The notes under the pieces are model-generated. The model saw nothing but the letters and a program-made list of their open reading frames with translations, searched no databases and was not told the origin of the DNA. DNA of 64,000 bases from a bacterium (GTDB taxonomy: Bacteria > UBA8248). Position 1 is the first letter of the stretch, and every line of letters starts with the position of its first letter. The stretch spans positions 896,001-960,000 of the forward strand of contig CBDBEV010000001.1 of NCBI GenBank assembly GCA_965204535.1, given 5' to 3'. The translations under genes were made by a program, and so were the position numbers. Positions 9,851 through 20,400 of this stretch are shown in pieces.

Positions 9851-10056
9851 TCCCTTCATCGCTCGCGCCTCCCGGGAATGGCAGCAGAGAAAACGCGAAA
9901 ATACACGAAAAAGACATGAAGCCCCAAAAAAAGGATACAAAAGTACAGGCGGTTCTGGTATATTCGAACGCTCAACATAAACAAACATTCCATCGGGAGG
10001 AGTGCCCGTCGTGAGTCCCTACTCCGTGGGGCGGCGAGCGCTGGGAGGGACATGCA

Positions 10057-11703
10057 ATGAAAAGGTTTATCCTGTTATACGCATTGTTCATTTTCATCCT
10101 GACAGGGAGCGGTGCGTGGGCCGAATGTGAACTGAAGGCCTGGGACGGCGACGCTGGCAGGGGCGTCGGCGTCTGGACGGGGCCATGCAGTGACGGCAAG
10201 GCGTACGGAAAAGGGCGCGCCGTCGGTGAGAACTGGACCTACGAGGGCGGGGCGCAGGAAGGCAGCGCGTCCGGGCAGGGAACCTGGAGGCTCGACGACG
10301 GCGGGAGCTACAGTGGTGCGTGGCGCGAAGGCATTCCGCACGGCACGGGCATCATGGTCGACTCCGAGGGCGACCGCCGCACGGGTGAGTTCCGCTACGG
10401 CAAGCTCCACGGCCGGGGATCCGGCTCGAGCCCCCGCGACGGCCATTTTACGGGAGAGTGGCGCGACGGCAGGCCCGTGCACAAAGAAGATCCGCGGGAT
10501 GCAGGTGCCCGCAAGGGCGAGTACGATTCCCGCGAGGCTGGCGGTCGCGCCCGCGCGGTGCCCGTCGCCTCAAAGTGCAGGCTGGATACCGGCGGCGAGT
10601 CCCTCGAATGGAGGGGGCCTTGCAGTGACGGCAAGGCATACGGAAATGGAGGCGCGACCGCCTCCGACGGGACGAAGTACACGGGTTCGGCCAGAAACGG
10701 GGAACCGCACGGCTACGGAACCCTCACCTCCGCCGGCGGGCGACTGATATATCAGGGAGATTATCGAAACGGAACTCCGCACGGCAGGGGAACTTTCCGG
10801 GGGCAGGACGGCCTGTATTACATCACGCGGTTCGATAACGGCAAGGAAGTCGGCGAGAGGACGCCGGTGCAGGGCACCGGCCCGAAGGGGTTTTCGCCGA
10901 AAAAGGCAGGCGGGACGGACCCTTGGGGCGATAAGGCCGTGGATGAAGGCGACCCGTGGGATGAGGGGGTCCGCGAGAGAGAACACGATTCCCGCGAGGC
11001 TGGCGCCGGACCGGCGGACGACTACGACAATGAGGCCGCCATCGAGGCCCTCGACGGCGTCGTCCGGGTGGCGATACCGAACAACGATGGTTACGCCGAG
11101 CGGCTGACGGAGCTGGAAAGGAAAGAGGCCGAAGCACACTTGACAGCGATAGCGCGCGAGTCCGAAAGATTCGCCAAGGAAGTGGAGAAGAAGGTTAAGG
11201 AGGAACTCGCCGCCGAACGGCACGCCAACTTCAAGGCGGAGCAGAAACGCCGCCGGGAGGCGCTCGACGCGGCCGCGCGCCGGGGCGCTGAGTCCCTGAA
11301 CAAGTTCCTCGAGTCGGCCCCGAGGCAAGGGGGCGCGGAAAAGCCGTTGTGGTCGCGGCGATTGAAACGAAACATGGACAGGTTGAATAAAAGGGCCAGA
11401 CAATGGCTCAAGGACCGGAGGGAGCAGCAGCGTCGCGAGGCCCGGGAACGGGAAAGGCGGCAGGCCCTGGAGCGGAAGCGGATCCAGGAGCGGGAAAGGC
11501 AGCGGGTACTGGAAATACAGCGGCGGCAGGCCCGGCAACGGCAGCAGGCAATAGCGCCGCCTCCTGCCGCACCCTCGGTGTATATACCTCCTTCAGTGTC
11601 CCAGGGCTATACCGATACACCTATACCTACAATTATACCCGGGAGCAAAGGTCGTCGTTCTTCTTGCAGGGGTCGGTCTTGCGGAAGTGGGAAAGTACAA
11701 TAA
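10057..11703 (+). CDS. Secreted MORN-repeat protein with charged coiled-coil and Cys-containing tail
   Basis: Signal peptide; repeated YxGxWxxGxPHGxG units in two blocks, each starting GPCSDGKAYG. Confidence 0.85.
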   Translation: MKRFILLYALFIFILTGSGAWAECELKAWDGDAGRGVGVWTGPCSDGKAYGKGRAVGENWTYEGGAQEGSASGQGTWRLDDGGSYSGAWREGIPHGTGIMVDSEGDRRTGEFRYGKLHGRGSGSSPRDGHFTGEWRDGRPVHKEDPRDAGARKGEYDSREAGGRARAVPVASKCRLDTGGESLEWRGPCSDGKAYGNGGATASDGTKYTGSARNGEPHGYGTLTSAGGRLIYQGDYRNGTPHGRGTFRGQDGLYYITRFDNGKEVGERTPVQGTGPKGFSPKKAGGTDPWGDKAVDEGDPWDEGVREREHDSREAGAGPADDYDNEAAIEALDGVVRVAIPNNDGYAERLTELERKEAEAHLTAIARESERFAKEVEKKVKEELAAERHANFKAEQKRRREALDAAARRGAESLNKFLESAPRQGGAEKPLWSRRLKRNMDRLNKRARQWLKDRREQQRREARERERRQALERKRIQERERQRVLEIQRRQARQRQQAIAPPPAAPSVYIPPSVSQGYTDTPIPTIIPGSKGRRSSCRGRSCGSGKVQ

Positions 11704-11742
11704 CAATAGTTGGGCAGCTGTCTAGCGGGAGGATGAGCGGAA

Positions 11743-13611
11743 ATGTATCGTCTTGTGATGTGGAGAGTGGTTATTTGCACGGTCTTGGCGCTCGCGCCCG
11801 CCCCGGCGGCGTGGGCGGACTACGAGGCAGGCCGCGCCGCCTGGAAGGCGGAACGGCACGGCGAGGCTTTGACGCAGTGGCGTGCGGCGGCGAGGACGGG
11901 TGATCGGCGCGCGATGCTGGCCCTTGGCCGGGCTTTCGTGAAAGGGCTGGGCGTCGCGCAGGACTACGCGGAGGCGCACAAGTGGTTCAACCTCGCGGCG
12001 GCGCGGGGCGACGCCAAGGCGCTGGCCGAGCGCGACGCGCTGGAGAAGCGGATGACGATCGAGGAGCGCGCCGAGGCGCGCAGGCTGGCCCGGGCGTGGC
12101 GCTCAGCCGCTACGGGAGCTGCCGCGGCATCGCCTCCGCCGCGTGCGCTGCGCGAGGCGCAGAGGCTCCTGGCTGTACTGGGTTACGAGCCGGGCCCTGC
12201 CGACGGGGTCTGGCGCCAGAGCGCAGCCAGTGCCTACAGTCGTTTCCTGCGCGAGGCGGGCCGCGAACCCTCGGGAAGGCTGACGCCGGCGGGCCTGCGC
12301 ACCCTGAGGCGGAAAGTGAAGGAGAAAGCTGCAGGTAAAGCCCGCGTCGCAGGCGCGAACGCGGCCCTGCGCGCGACTGCTGCGGGAGACGTCTCCGCCC
12401 TTGAGAAGGCGCTGGCGGCGGGGGCCGACCCGAACGCGCGCGGCAGGCGCGGGTGGACGCCGCTCATGCACGCGGCGACCAAGGGCTACACACTGCTGGT
12501 TCCCCCGCTCCTTAAAGCGGGCGCGAAGCCGAACCTCCGCGCGGCAGACGGCGCAACGGCGTTGTTCATCGCCGCCTTGCATCGTCAATCCGGGATCATC
12601 GCGATGCTGATGAAAGCCGGAGCCGACCCGACGCTCAAGGGGCCGAAGGGCAAGTCGGCGGAAGAGGTGGCTCACATCGCAAAGAACCCGCGTGTCCTCG
12701 AGGCTCTCGGTCTGATCGAGACCATCCGCGATTCGACCGGCATGCTCTGGAAGGGCGCCGTGTTGGGGGGCAAGAGGCATGGCCGGTGGACGAAGACCGA
12801 CGCCGACGGCGTGATAGTGGAGGAAGGCCCGTACGTGAAGGGCGAGAAACATGGCCGCTGGAAGAAGATCAAAATCGGCGGCATGATCGAAGAGGAAGGC
12901 CCCTATGTAAAGGGCAAGAAACATGGCCGCTGGAAGGAACTGCGTGAAGACCGGCTTGAGCTGGGTGTTTATACCATATCCGTCCATGGCGAAGTCCATA
13001 CAAGCAGTGTGTATGACAGAATTGAGACGGGCCCGTACGTGAAGGGCGAGAGGCATGGCAGATGGACGCTGATCGGGAAGAAATCCAAGGACAAGTTCAG
13101 GGCGGAAGGTCGGTATGTAAAGGGCAAAAAGAACGGCGAATGGAAGCTGAGTAGCCGCCGCGGGCATTGGAAAGCTGAGTATCGAGATGGCGAAATGGGT
13201 GGGTTATGGGAGTGGAAAAGCAGGGGTGGCACCCTCAAGGCACGAATGAGCTACCGCAAGAGCAAGCTGAGGCGATATCATATGGATAGTACTTCCAGTA
13301 GTAACCCCTGTAGTGATTTTCGACAAATAATAGCCCACTTTGATGATAAGGGCTTGCTCCATGGCGATTGGATGTATCATTGGAATAAATACAATTTACA
13401 CATCGTAGGAAAGTATGTGAGGGGCAAGAAGCACGGTTGGTGGACTCGTGAAAAGTATAGAAAGTCATACAGCTCTCGTGTTGGCTGTTTTTTGTATTTT
13501 GATGATGGTGATGTAGAGAAGGTTTACTATGAAAACGGCAAACGCGTAACTCGGAAACCGTCACTGAATCAGGCCGCAGGGAATGACACCGATACGAACA
13601 ATGAGGATTGA
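11743..13611 (+). CDS. Secreted multidomain protein: Sel1 + peptidoglycan-binding + ankyrin + MORN-variant repeats
   Basis: GLGVAQDYAEAHKWFNLAAARG (Sel1), LGYEPGPADG (PG-binding), GWTPLMHAA and GATALFIAA (ankyrin), repeated GPYVKGxKHGRW. Confidence 0.88.
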   Translation: MYRLVMWRVVICTVLALAPAPAAWADYEAGRAAWKAERHGEALTQWRAAARTGDRRAMLALGRAFVKGLGVAQDYAEAHKWFNLAAARGDAKALAERDALEKRMTIEERAEARRLARAWRSAATGAAAASPPPRALREAQRLLAVLGYEPGPADGVWRQSAASAYSRFLREAGREPSGRLTPAGLRTLRRKVKEKAAGKARVAGANAALRATAAGDVSALEKALAAGADPNARGRRGWTPLMHAATKGYTLLVPPLLKAGAKPNLRAADGATALFIAALHRQSGIIAMLMKAGADPTLKGPKGKSAEEVAHIAKNPRVLEALGLIETIRDSTGMLWKGAVLGGKRHGRWTKTDADGVIVEEGPYVKGEKHGRWKKIKIGGMIEEEGPYVKGKKHGRWKELREDRLELGVYTISVHGEVHTSSVYDRIETGPYVKGERHGRWTLIGKKSKDKFRAEGRYVKGKKNGEWKLSSRRGHWKAEYRDGEMGGLWEWKSRGGTLKARMSYRKSKLRRYHMDSTSSSNPCSDFRQIIAHFDDKGLLHGDWMYHWNKYNLHIVGKYVRGKKHGWWTREKYRKSYSSRVGCFLYFDDGDVEKVYYENGKRVTRKPSLNQAAGNDTDTNNED

Positions 13612-14699
13612 TCTCCCCGGTTCTCCCCGCGCCGAAGCCGTTTGACCGCGATGCGTCCGCCGCCCGCTGGAAATCCGTTCAGGCCGCTGAGGAGAAACTG
13701 GAAGCTAATCATCAACCGCTGAAATCACCCTGCCTTTCACGGGACGAACAAACGCAAGCGGACGTGCATGGACGCACCCGTAAATGCAAGTGTGTTTTCG
13801 AACGTTTCGGGGTCCGTGGTCAGGTTCAGTCGACCTCTCGAATGCGACGTTTCTCTCGCCTCGAGCCCGTATGGAGATGTGCGTGAGGCGATTCGTCAAT
13901 CTGGTCCGATAAAATTCGGAAGCGTTTTTTCGTTTCCACATCCCGGTCCCGCGTACCATTTTGGCCTTCTCAATTCCCGGCATTCGCCGTTCGTCCGACC
14001 CTTGTGCTTCCTCTGGACTCTCCGCCTCCCTGGACTTGACCATACCCCCCCGAGCGCTTCGAGAATCCTCCGCGTCGCGGTTCCATATGGTTCGAGGCCC
14101 AGAAATTATCACTTCGGGAATTGACAACCGAACCAGACGTTTCTTCCATTGCGGACAGAGGTTTCTGCCCGCATTGTCTCGATACTCTCAAGAAGTCGGA
14201 AGCGAAAACTGACATTAGCGAATTTCGGATTAAAGGCCACTTCTCTGCCAAGTGGGCCCGCGCGGATACGCCACAAAAGGCTTGGGTTCTTAACCTTGCT
14301 CTATCGCAGCGTCTTGCTCAGGCTGTACTCGAACGATGCATGGACCTCGTTACAGGAAGCGCAATTGGTGACTGGGCTCGCGGAAACTCACGGCAGTCGG
14401 TTACTCGTCCTCGAGGTCCATCCTCCCGCTGAACGTTCCGGTATGACATGCCGCAGGTGCCGGGAGCGTTCCTGCAGGGACTTGCCGGCGGCACCGCACG
14501 AACATGCCTATCGCGTGGTTTCAGGCAGTGGGGGGTTTTCAGCAGCAGTGGGATGCTTGCAGTCTGTTGAAACTGTTGCAGGTATTTGTTTTGTGGGAGT
14601 TTCGTTGGGGGCTTGCTTTCTGTAACAAGTAAGCAAATCGAAAGCAGATTGATTCAAACTCCTGCGCATCTCAGAGCGTTCCTGTTGGGGCGTCTTCCA

Positions 14700-14900
14700 A
14701 AGTCCGCCCCGCTACTTCTATTTGTTGCTTCGGAGCTTGTCCGGGACGATCATCTCGATAGGGCCCGCGAAAGAGGCGGTTGCACGTATTCCTTGGCCAG
14801 ATTCGTCCGATCCTTGAGCCCCCGATTCTGAAGAGTTTTCGCTCGTGTCCGCTCGTCGTCCGGGGAACGGATGAGATTTCTGACTTGCAGGGGACTTGTC
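14700..14900 (-). pseudogene. Degenerate C-terminal winged-helix domain of a Fic/AlbA-associated protein
   Basis: GLKDRTNLAKEYVQP, frameshift, IEMIVPDKLRSNK*K*R resembles the family tail IEMTIPDKPRSxxQKYRLT. Confidence 0.5.
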
Positions 14901-15129
14901 GGGTACTTGTGGGGCCGCATGTTCGACCTGACGCGCGAATAATGTTCTGTATGGCCTAAACCGACTTTGGAGAACCTCTCCTGGATCGAGAACCGCCTCT
15001 GGTAACACTGCACCCAGTTATTCAAAGATCAAAGACCGACGCTAGCTGAGCGACATTAGCCGGAGCGATACTCTAAACTCCTCGAAGTGGCCGTGTAGCG
15101 CGTTGATGGTCAACATGCGCGATTTCGTG

Positions 15130-16101
15130 TCAGGGCAATCCCTTGTGGCTGCGCACGTTGAGGGCCTTCCATTCCAGGAGCGGTTGGACCTGGATACGTT
15201 TTTGAAGAGATGCATCGGAGGTCAGAATCGTCGCGTCGATTTCACCTTCCTCCAACAGGAGGTCGAGGAATGTTCGCTCGGCATCGGTAAACGGAAGCAA
15301 AGCGGACAGGCTCCTCCTGGTCTCCCCCAGCAGTTGCGTCCCGTATTCCGCGAGCGACGCCTGTTCTCCTGGCTGACGGGATCGGAGTGTGGGAGCGAGC
15401 AGTCTGGCCAACTCCGATTCATCGTAGTTTACGTCTGCGACGGAGATGGTTCGCCAGTCCTTGCGGTTCATCGCCCCGTATACGACAAAAGCGATGCGGA
15501 GCCGCTCGCGCTGAAGAGCGTCCGTATCGAGTATGCGATGACAATCGAACAGATCTCTTGCCTGTTTGCGGGAAAACAGCGCCGAGAGCTTGCCGGCCAC
15601 GAGTTCATGAAGGTCGAGAAGAGGAACGTCTTTGGCCTGATAGTCCCCGAGTGGATGTGAATTGGCGTGGCAGATCTCCCAAAGCGGTTGCCTGAACATG
15701 AAATTCAAATCGACTTCGAGACTTCCAGGCTGCCCGGTATAGCTCGGGTAGCTCAACCGCCACTTCCCTCCGGCGTGTTCGCTTGGCGTCCTCCGGACCG
15801 TGAACCCCTCGCGGGAGAAGACCGCCTGGGCCGCCTGCTCAATTCTCGGCCGCTCCTCCAGCATTTCCTCGCGCTCCAGTGCGCCGATGTAGTTGAGATC
15901 GATATCCACGGACAACCGGGGATGGCGGAGGACGAACAGGTTCAGGGCCGTGCCGCCCTTCAGGACCCATCTTCCCTTGAGCGAGGGGTGCGTGTTCAGG
16001 GCGTTCAGGAGATGCATCAGGCAGAAAACCTTCTCGACCACCTCCGCGTTGAATCCGTTGGCTCGGGCCACGGGCAGGATTTCCGAGGCGGAAAATCTCA
16101 C
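15130..16101 (-). CDS. abiEii: AbiEii-family nucleotidyltransferase toxin (type IV TA)
   Basis: LKGGTALNL...RLSVDIDL, KLSAL..R..ARDLFD. Confidence 0.9.
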   Translation of the reverse strand: MRFSASEILPVARANGFNAEVVEKVFCLMHLLNALNTHPSLKGRWVLKGGTALNLFVLRHPRLSVDIDLNYIGALEREEMLEERPRIEQAAQAVFSREGFTVRRTPSEHAGGKWRLSYPSYTGQPGSLEVDLNFMFRQPLWEICHANSHPLGDYQAKDVPLLDLHELVAGKLSALFSRKQARDLFDCHRILDTDALQRERLRIAFVVYGAMNRKDWRTISVADVNYDESELARLLAPTLRSRQPGEQASLAEYGTQLLGETRRSLSALLPFTDAERTFLDLLLEEGEIDATILTSDASLQKRIQVQPLLEWKALNVRSHKGLP

Positions 16102-16904
16102 GGCATCTCTTCCCAGGACCGATTCAGGATTTCATCCGGGACCATCAGGTTCCAGCCTTTCACCAGCCGGCAACCCCTCGGCCTGCCTCGCGTCATATGG
16201 TGGGGCTGCCTCGGGCGCAGCTTGCGCAAGGCGTCCAGGTGGACCTCCTCCACCATCAAGGGTTCCCTGTGCTGTTCCAGGAAAAACCCCACCTTCGCGG
16301 CGGTGGTCGCGTTCTCCAGCAGGCGGGTGTACTCGATGACCTGTTCCAGATCGAAGAACTCCACCGATTCCAGGGACCGCCATATCTCCTCCCAGGTTCC
16401 GGTCAGGTCCGGCCGGTCCAGCGCATCGACCAGGGTTCTTTCGTGGCCGGTCACCCGGAGTTTCACGCCGGAGCGCTCATGGCGGTTGACCCCGAACATC
16501 TCCTCTCCTTTCGCCAGCAGTGGCGGTGGCACGGGCGCGCGCCGGAACTCGTGGGATTGGAAGGTAAGCGGAAGCGACTTGGTCGCCGAGACGTAGACCA
16601 GCCTCCAGTGGACCGAGTATGCCCTCCCGTGGAACTCCAGGGCCGTGTGGTAGCCCAGCACCGCGTCCCCGGTCATCTTGGCCGCCACCAGGAATGGATC
16701 GACCGGTGTGGTTTCCGGGTCCATACCCCGGGGAAGCGTCGCATACAGGCCGCGGCGCACATGGACGATCCGGCCTTGCCTGCGGTGGTAGGCCAGCAGC
16801 GACTTGCGGGTGTGGGTGTTTCCGGATCCACGCTCGGACAGGAAACGATCCAGTTCGTCCATCGTGAACACGGCGCGCCGATCCAGGAATTCATTGAGTC
16901 TCAC
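16098..16904 (-). CDS. abiEi: AbiEi-family antitoxin/transcriptional regulator
   Basis: N-terminal wHTH with VRRGLY, GYHTALEFHG, ERTLVD; 4-bp overlap with toxin; GTG start assumed. Confidence 0.88.
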   Translation of the reverse strand: MRLNEFLDRRAVFTMDELDRFLSERGSGNTHTRKSLLAYHRRQGRIVHVRRGLYATLPRGMDPETTPVDPFLVAAKMTGDAVLGYHTALEFHGRAYSVHWRLVYVSATKSLPLTFQSHEFRRAPVPPPLLAKGEEMFGVNRHERSGVKLRVTGHERTLVDALDRPDLTGTWEEIWRSLESVEFFDLEQVIEYTRLLENATTAAKVGFFLEQHREPLMVEEVHLDALRKLRPRQPHHMTRGRPRGCRLVKGWNLMVPDEILNRSWEEMP

Positions 16905-17054
16905 GGATTTGTTTCTTTGATTATAGGTCGACATAATAGCAATAAATTTAACTGTATTTAAGATATTTATCAATATGCATATGATAAACGGTCGAGATAG
17001 GAGGGATTTTATTAGTATTTGTCCACCGATTCGTCTTTTCTATATTCTGCTCTT

Positions 17055-17345
17055 TTAGCCATCTTGTAAGCAACGGAGAATATGTGGGAAGAAAACAACA
17101 GCAAGGAACACAACGATTCCGATGTAATTCAAAATGGAACTTCCAGTTCCGAACGGATCGACAAGAATGGTTGGCTCTAATTTACCGTTAATTTTGACGC
17201 CAATTACGTCAAAGAATGACAAAATGCCGGGAACGACACCGATGATGCTTGTAATGACATTGACCCCCCGTCCGTGGGGAGTTGACTCGGCCCAGAAATA
17301 AATTGCTATATGTATATAGAGCACCACAAACGTGAGGAAGATCAA
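17055..17345 (-). CDS. Low-GC small membrane protein (possibly a frameshifted fragment)
   Basis: Three hydrophobic stretches in an AT-rich segment. Confidence 0.35.
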   Translation of the reverse strand: MIFLTFVVLYIHIAIYFWAESTPHGRGVNVITSIIGVVPGILSFFDVIGVKINGKLEPTILVDPFGTGSSILNYIGIVVFLAVVFFPHILRCLQDG

Positions 17346-17679
17346 ATAATTTAGGTAAAGAAGCGGGTCTTTTGATATAAGTCATTTTTTCGCTAAGGAA
17401 TGCGAATCTGCATAGCACCCAGATCGTAGCTGTAAACAGCGCCGGCAGCAAAAGGCGCAACATTTTCCCCAGAATTGCAGGAAAAGTAATCGTCACAAAA
17501 ATTGTCAGAAATAGATGCCGGGGCCGGGCGAGCAGGTGGCCAGAATGAGGGCGGCGGCGGACGAGCCGAGAACGGGCCGGGGTCGCGAAGAACATGATGG
17601 CGTTAATGTTGGTCGTTGGCGTGGCTGGCGCCATGGCGGGGCCCGCCGCGGATCACCGAACCGGAGAGGACACCCAATC

Positions 17680-18411
17680 GTGCCGGAACCGATCGCGATG
17701 TGCTTCAGCGGGGGCAAGGACAGCTGTCTCGCGCTGCGCGCGTTGCAGCGGGACGGGAAGTACCGTGTCGAGACGCTGATCACCACCGTGACCGACGCCT
17801 ACGACCGCGTGAGCATGCACGGGGTACGGCGTTCACTGCTGTGCGGGCAGGCCGCGTCGCTCGGCATCGGGCTGGCCGAGGTGGTGGTGCCCCCGAAGTC
17901 CTCGAACGAGGTGTACGAGCGCGCGATGGGGCGGGAGTTCGACCGGCTGTACGCCGCAGGGGTCCGTCGGGTCGCCTTTGGGGACATCTTCCTGGAGGAC
18001 CTCCGCGAGTCCCGTGAGCGGCAGCTGGCGGAGTGCGGGCTCGAGGCCGTGTTCCCCATCTGGGGACAGCCGACGGACAGGCTGGCACGCTCGTTCATTC
18101 GCGACGGCTTCGAGGCGGTGACGGTCTGCGTCAGCCTGTCCATGCTGGACGCGTCTTTCGCGGGGCGCCCCTTCGACATGGAGTTTCTCGCGGACCTGCC
18201 CGGGGACGCCGATCCGTGCGGCGAAAACGGCGAATTCCACACCTTCGTCAGCGCCGGCTCCATCTTTTCACGTCCCGTTCCGGTCGTCCGCGGCGAGGTG
18301 GTGGAGCGGGACGGTTTCGTCTTCTGCGATCTGGTCGCCGGACGGGCAGTGCGTGGAGAGTCGGGCGCCGTACCCGGAACGGCGCAAAGGCACGAAAAAT
18401 GTAAAGTATAG
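17680..18411 (+). CDS. Dph6/diphthine-ammonia ligase-like PP-loop ATPase
   Basis: FSGGKDS PP-loop, RVSMHGVR, FGDIFLED, DPCGENGEFHTFV. Confidence 0.9.
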   Translation: MPEPIAMCFSGGKDSCLALRALQRDGKYRVETLITTVTDAYDRVSMHGVRRSLLCGQAASLGIGLAEVVVPPKSSNEVYERAMGREFDRLYAAGVRRVAFGDIFLEDLRESRERQLAECGLEAVFPIWGQPTDRLARSFIRDGFEAVTVCVSLSMLDASFAGRPFDMEFLADLPGDADPCGENGEFHTFVSAGSIFSRPVPVVRGEVVERDGFVFCDLVAGRAVRGESGAVPGTAQRHEKCKV

Positions 18412-18481
18412 AAGACATTTTGTAATGTTCAGATTACTATTCTCGCTTACTCCTTCCCACACCTGACCCAGAGTCACCATC

Positions 18482-18622
18482 ATGTCCCTTGCCCGTGCCC
18501 TTCAGGGCATTAGAGTGCTCGACCTTTCCCGGCTCCTCCTCGGCCCCTTCCTCACGATGATCCTCGCCGATCTCGGCGCTGACGTGGTCAAGGTGGAGGA
18601 ACCGCGCCGCGGCGACGACACT
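18482..18622 (+). pseudogene. N-terminal fragment of a CaiB/BaiF class III CoA-transferase
   Basis: [16 protein letters not shown]...[12 protein letters not shown]...GDDT, then similarity is lost. Confidence 0.75.
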
Positions 18623-18769
18623 GTTTCAGCGGCTGGCCGCCGAGGAACGGTTGAGGTTGGGCCACGGCGACCGCGACGCGCTGGGCTAGGCGTATTAGGA
18701 GCATGGAGCGAAGCCCGGCCAAGGCTGCCGCAACGGCCATCGTCCGGGTCGTCTCAAGATGGCGGAAGG

Positions 18770-19235
18770 GTTCGTCGAGTACGCGACATCGAGGCCGTCT
18801 TCACTGACGAGAACGGCCGTCTTCTGCTCTCGCGCACGGCAGTCTCCGAACTCGGAGAACGTCTCTGGGAAGACTACCAGGCGTTTTGCACACGGGAGCT
18901 GGACGAGTAGGAGGTCGCCTACCTGTTCATCGACGGGATAGCCGAGCGGACCCACCCCGGAAGCAAGCGCGAGCCGGTGCTCGCGGCCTGGGGGACCCGC
19001 TGGTGGTGGTGAGCGACGGGGCGCCGGGCATCATCAAGGCGGTCGAGACGTGTTTCCCGCGTTCGGAGCGGCAGCGCTGCCTGGCGCACCGGATGCGGAA
19101 CCTCGCGGCGAAGGTGACCGAGGACCTCTGGCCGGAGTTCAGAGAGCGGGCCGCGGCAGCTTACCAGGCCCCCTCACGCGCCCTCGCCTGGGAATTGGCC
19201 GAGGGACTCGCCAGGGACTACGAGTCCACGCTGCT
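18770..19235 (+). pseudogene. IS256-family transposase remnant
   Basis: YLFIDG, VVSDGAPG, QRCLAHRMRNL motifs; in-frame TAG at 18908, frameshift and internal deletion. Confidence 0.8.
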
Positions 19236-19373
19236 TGCGTCATCTGGCAGATGTGATCACCGACGTGAGGTTCATCGATGGAGTGGAGGAAAAAGAAACG
19301 GGCAGGGAAGCCGCTGAATTCAAGACGGCCATACACCAGATTTGGCCGTAACTCCTCACGCCTTCTAGCTCCC

Positions 19374-19697
19374 CTAATCCGCCATATCCCGCTTATCCTC
19401 CACCGGTTTCATCGGCAATTCCGGAGCGACTTCGGAGATATTCCTGCTGATTTGCTCGATTTCTTCCTCTCGCCCGTCCCTCTCCATGTCGCGGATGGTG
19501 GCCGGCGCGGTGAACATGGCAGAACGCAACAGGTGGATTTCCGCTTCGGTTCGGGGCCATTCGTGGCGCCCCAGGGCTTCCATCACGAGCTCCACCACCA
19601 GCCGGTTGGGCGACATTTCGCGCTTTTCGGCCTCGTTTTCAATTCGTTTCCACTGTTCGGGCGTGACCCTGATGTTCTTCTGTATCGTCTGAACCAT
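19374..19697 (-). CDS. Ribbon-helix-helix-like protein (relaxosome accessory type)
   Basis: QKNIRVTPEQWKRIENEAEKREMSPNRLVVELV strand-helix-helix pattern; mobile context. Confidence 0.55.
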   Translation of the reverse strand: MVQTIQKNIRVTPEQWKRIENEAEKREMSPNRLVVELVMEALGRHEWPRTEAEIHLLRSAMFTAPATIRDMERDGREEEIEQISRNISEVAPELPMKPVEDKRDMAD

Positions 19698-20400
19698 CCG
19701 TTTCCCCGCTCCTGTCGTGAAGATTTTCATCCGTTCCGGTCGCAAAACGACCGCAAAATCCTCGTTTCTTGCACCAAACGCATCCACCGCGCTCCCAAAA
19801 ATCATGCCCGTGACGCCGTTTCATGAACTACCAGATTGGTAGCCATCATAATGCAGCACGCGTCCAAGTACTACCAATCTGGTATCCCGCCGGAAATCTC
19901 CGCATTACGCCGGATTGCATATGACATGCGCCATCTTTTAAGTGCAGGGATTTCAAAGAGATAACGTGACACCATATTGGTATTACTTGTTTCGGCACGA
20001 CAGGAATACCCGGGGATGCGAATTTTCACAACACATCGCGGTCATTCGCAGCCCACGCGACACCAGCATCAGCGATGCGTCCGGTGTGAAATCCGAAGCG
20101 CCGAAGGGCGGCAGATTCCGCTTCCTTGCCCCCAAGCGACCGGGCCACTGGAAGCCGCCTCGTATCAGGCGGTCAGCCCGAGCGGCGCTTGAGCGGCAGC
20201 GCCCGCCGCGCACTTGCGGGAACGCGTCCCGAACCACCGCGCGGCCAGTGGGCGTCATTATAGGAAGCACGAGGAAGCAAAACAATACAGAGGATTGTGT
20301 GGGGAATTTGTAAGGAGGTTCGTGCAGGGGAGCGTAACGGTGGAAGGCTTGTGCCCGTCGGCACAAGTAGTGACGACAAAGGGCCGCGCCGCCGGCGGCG

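Noticed and set aside
12820-13150. Possible DGR template/variable repeat pair in the MORN-variant repeats
   Set aside because: Differences are not adenine-specific and no reverse transcriptase is present in the window.
13620-14690. Short ORFs between the Sel1 gene and the Fic-like remnant
   Set aside because: No recognisable motifs or consistent coding signal; likely degraded DNA.
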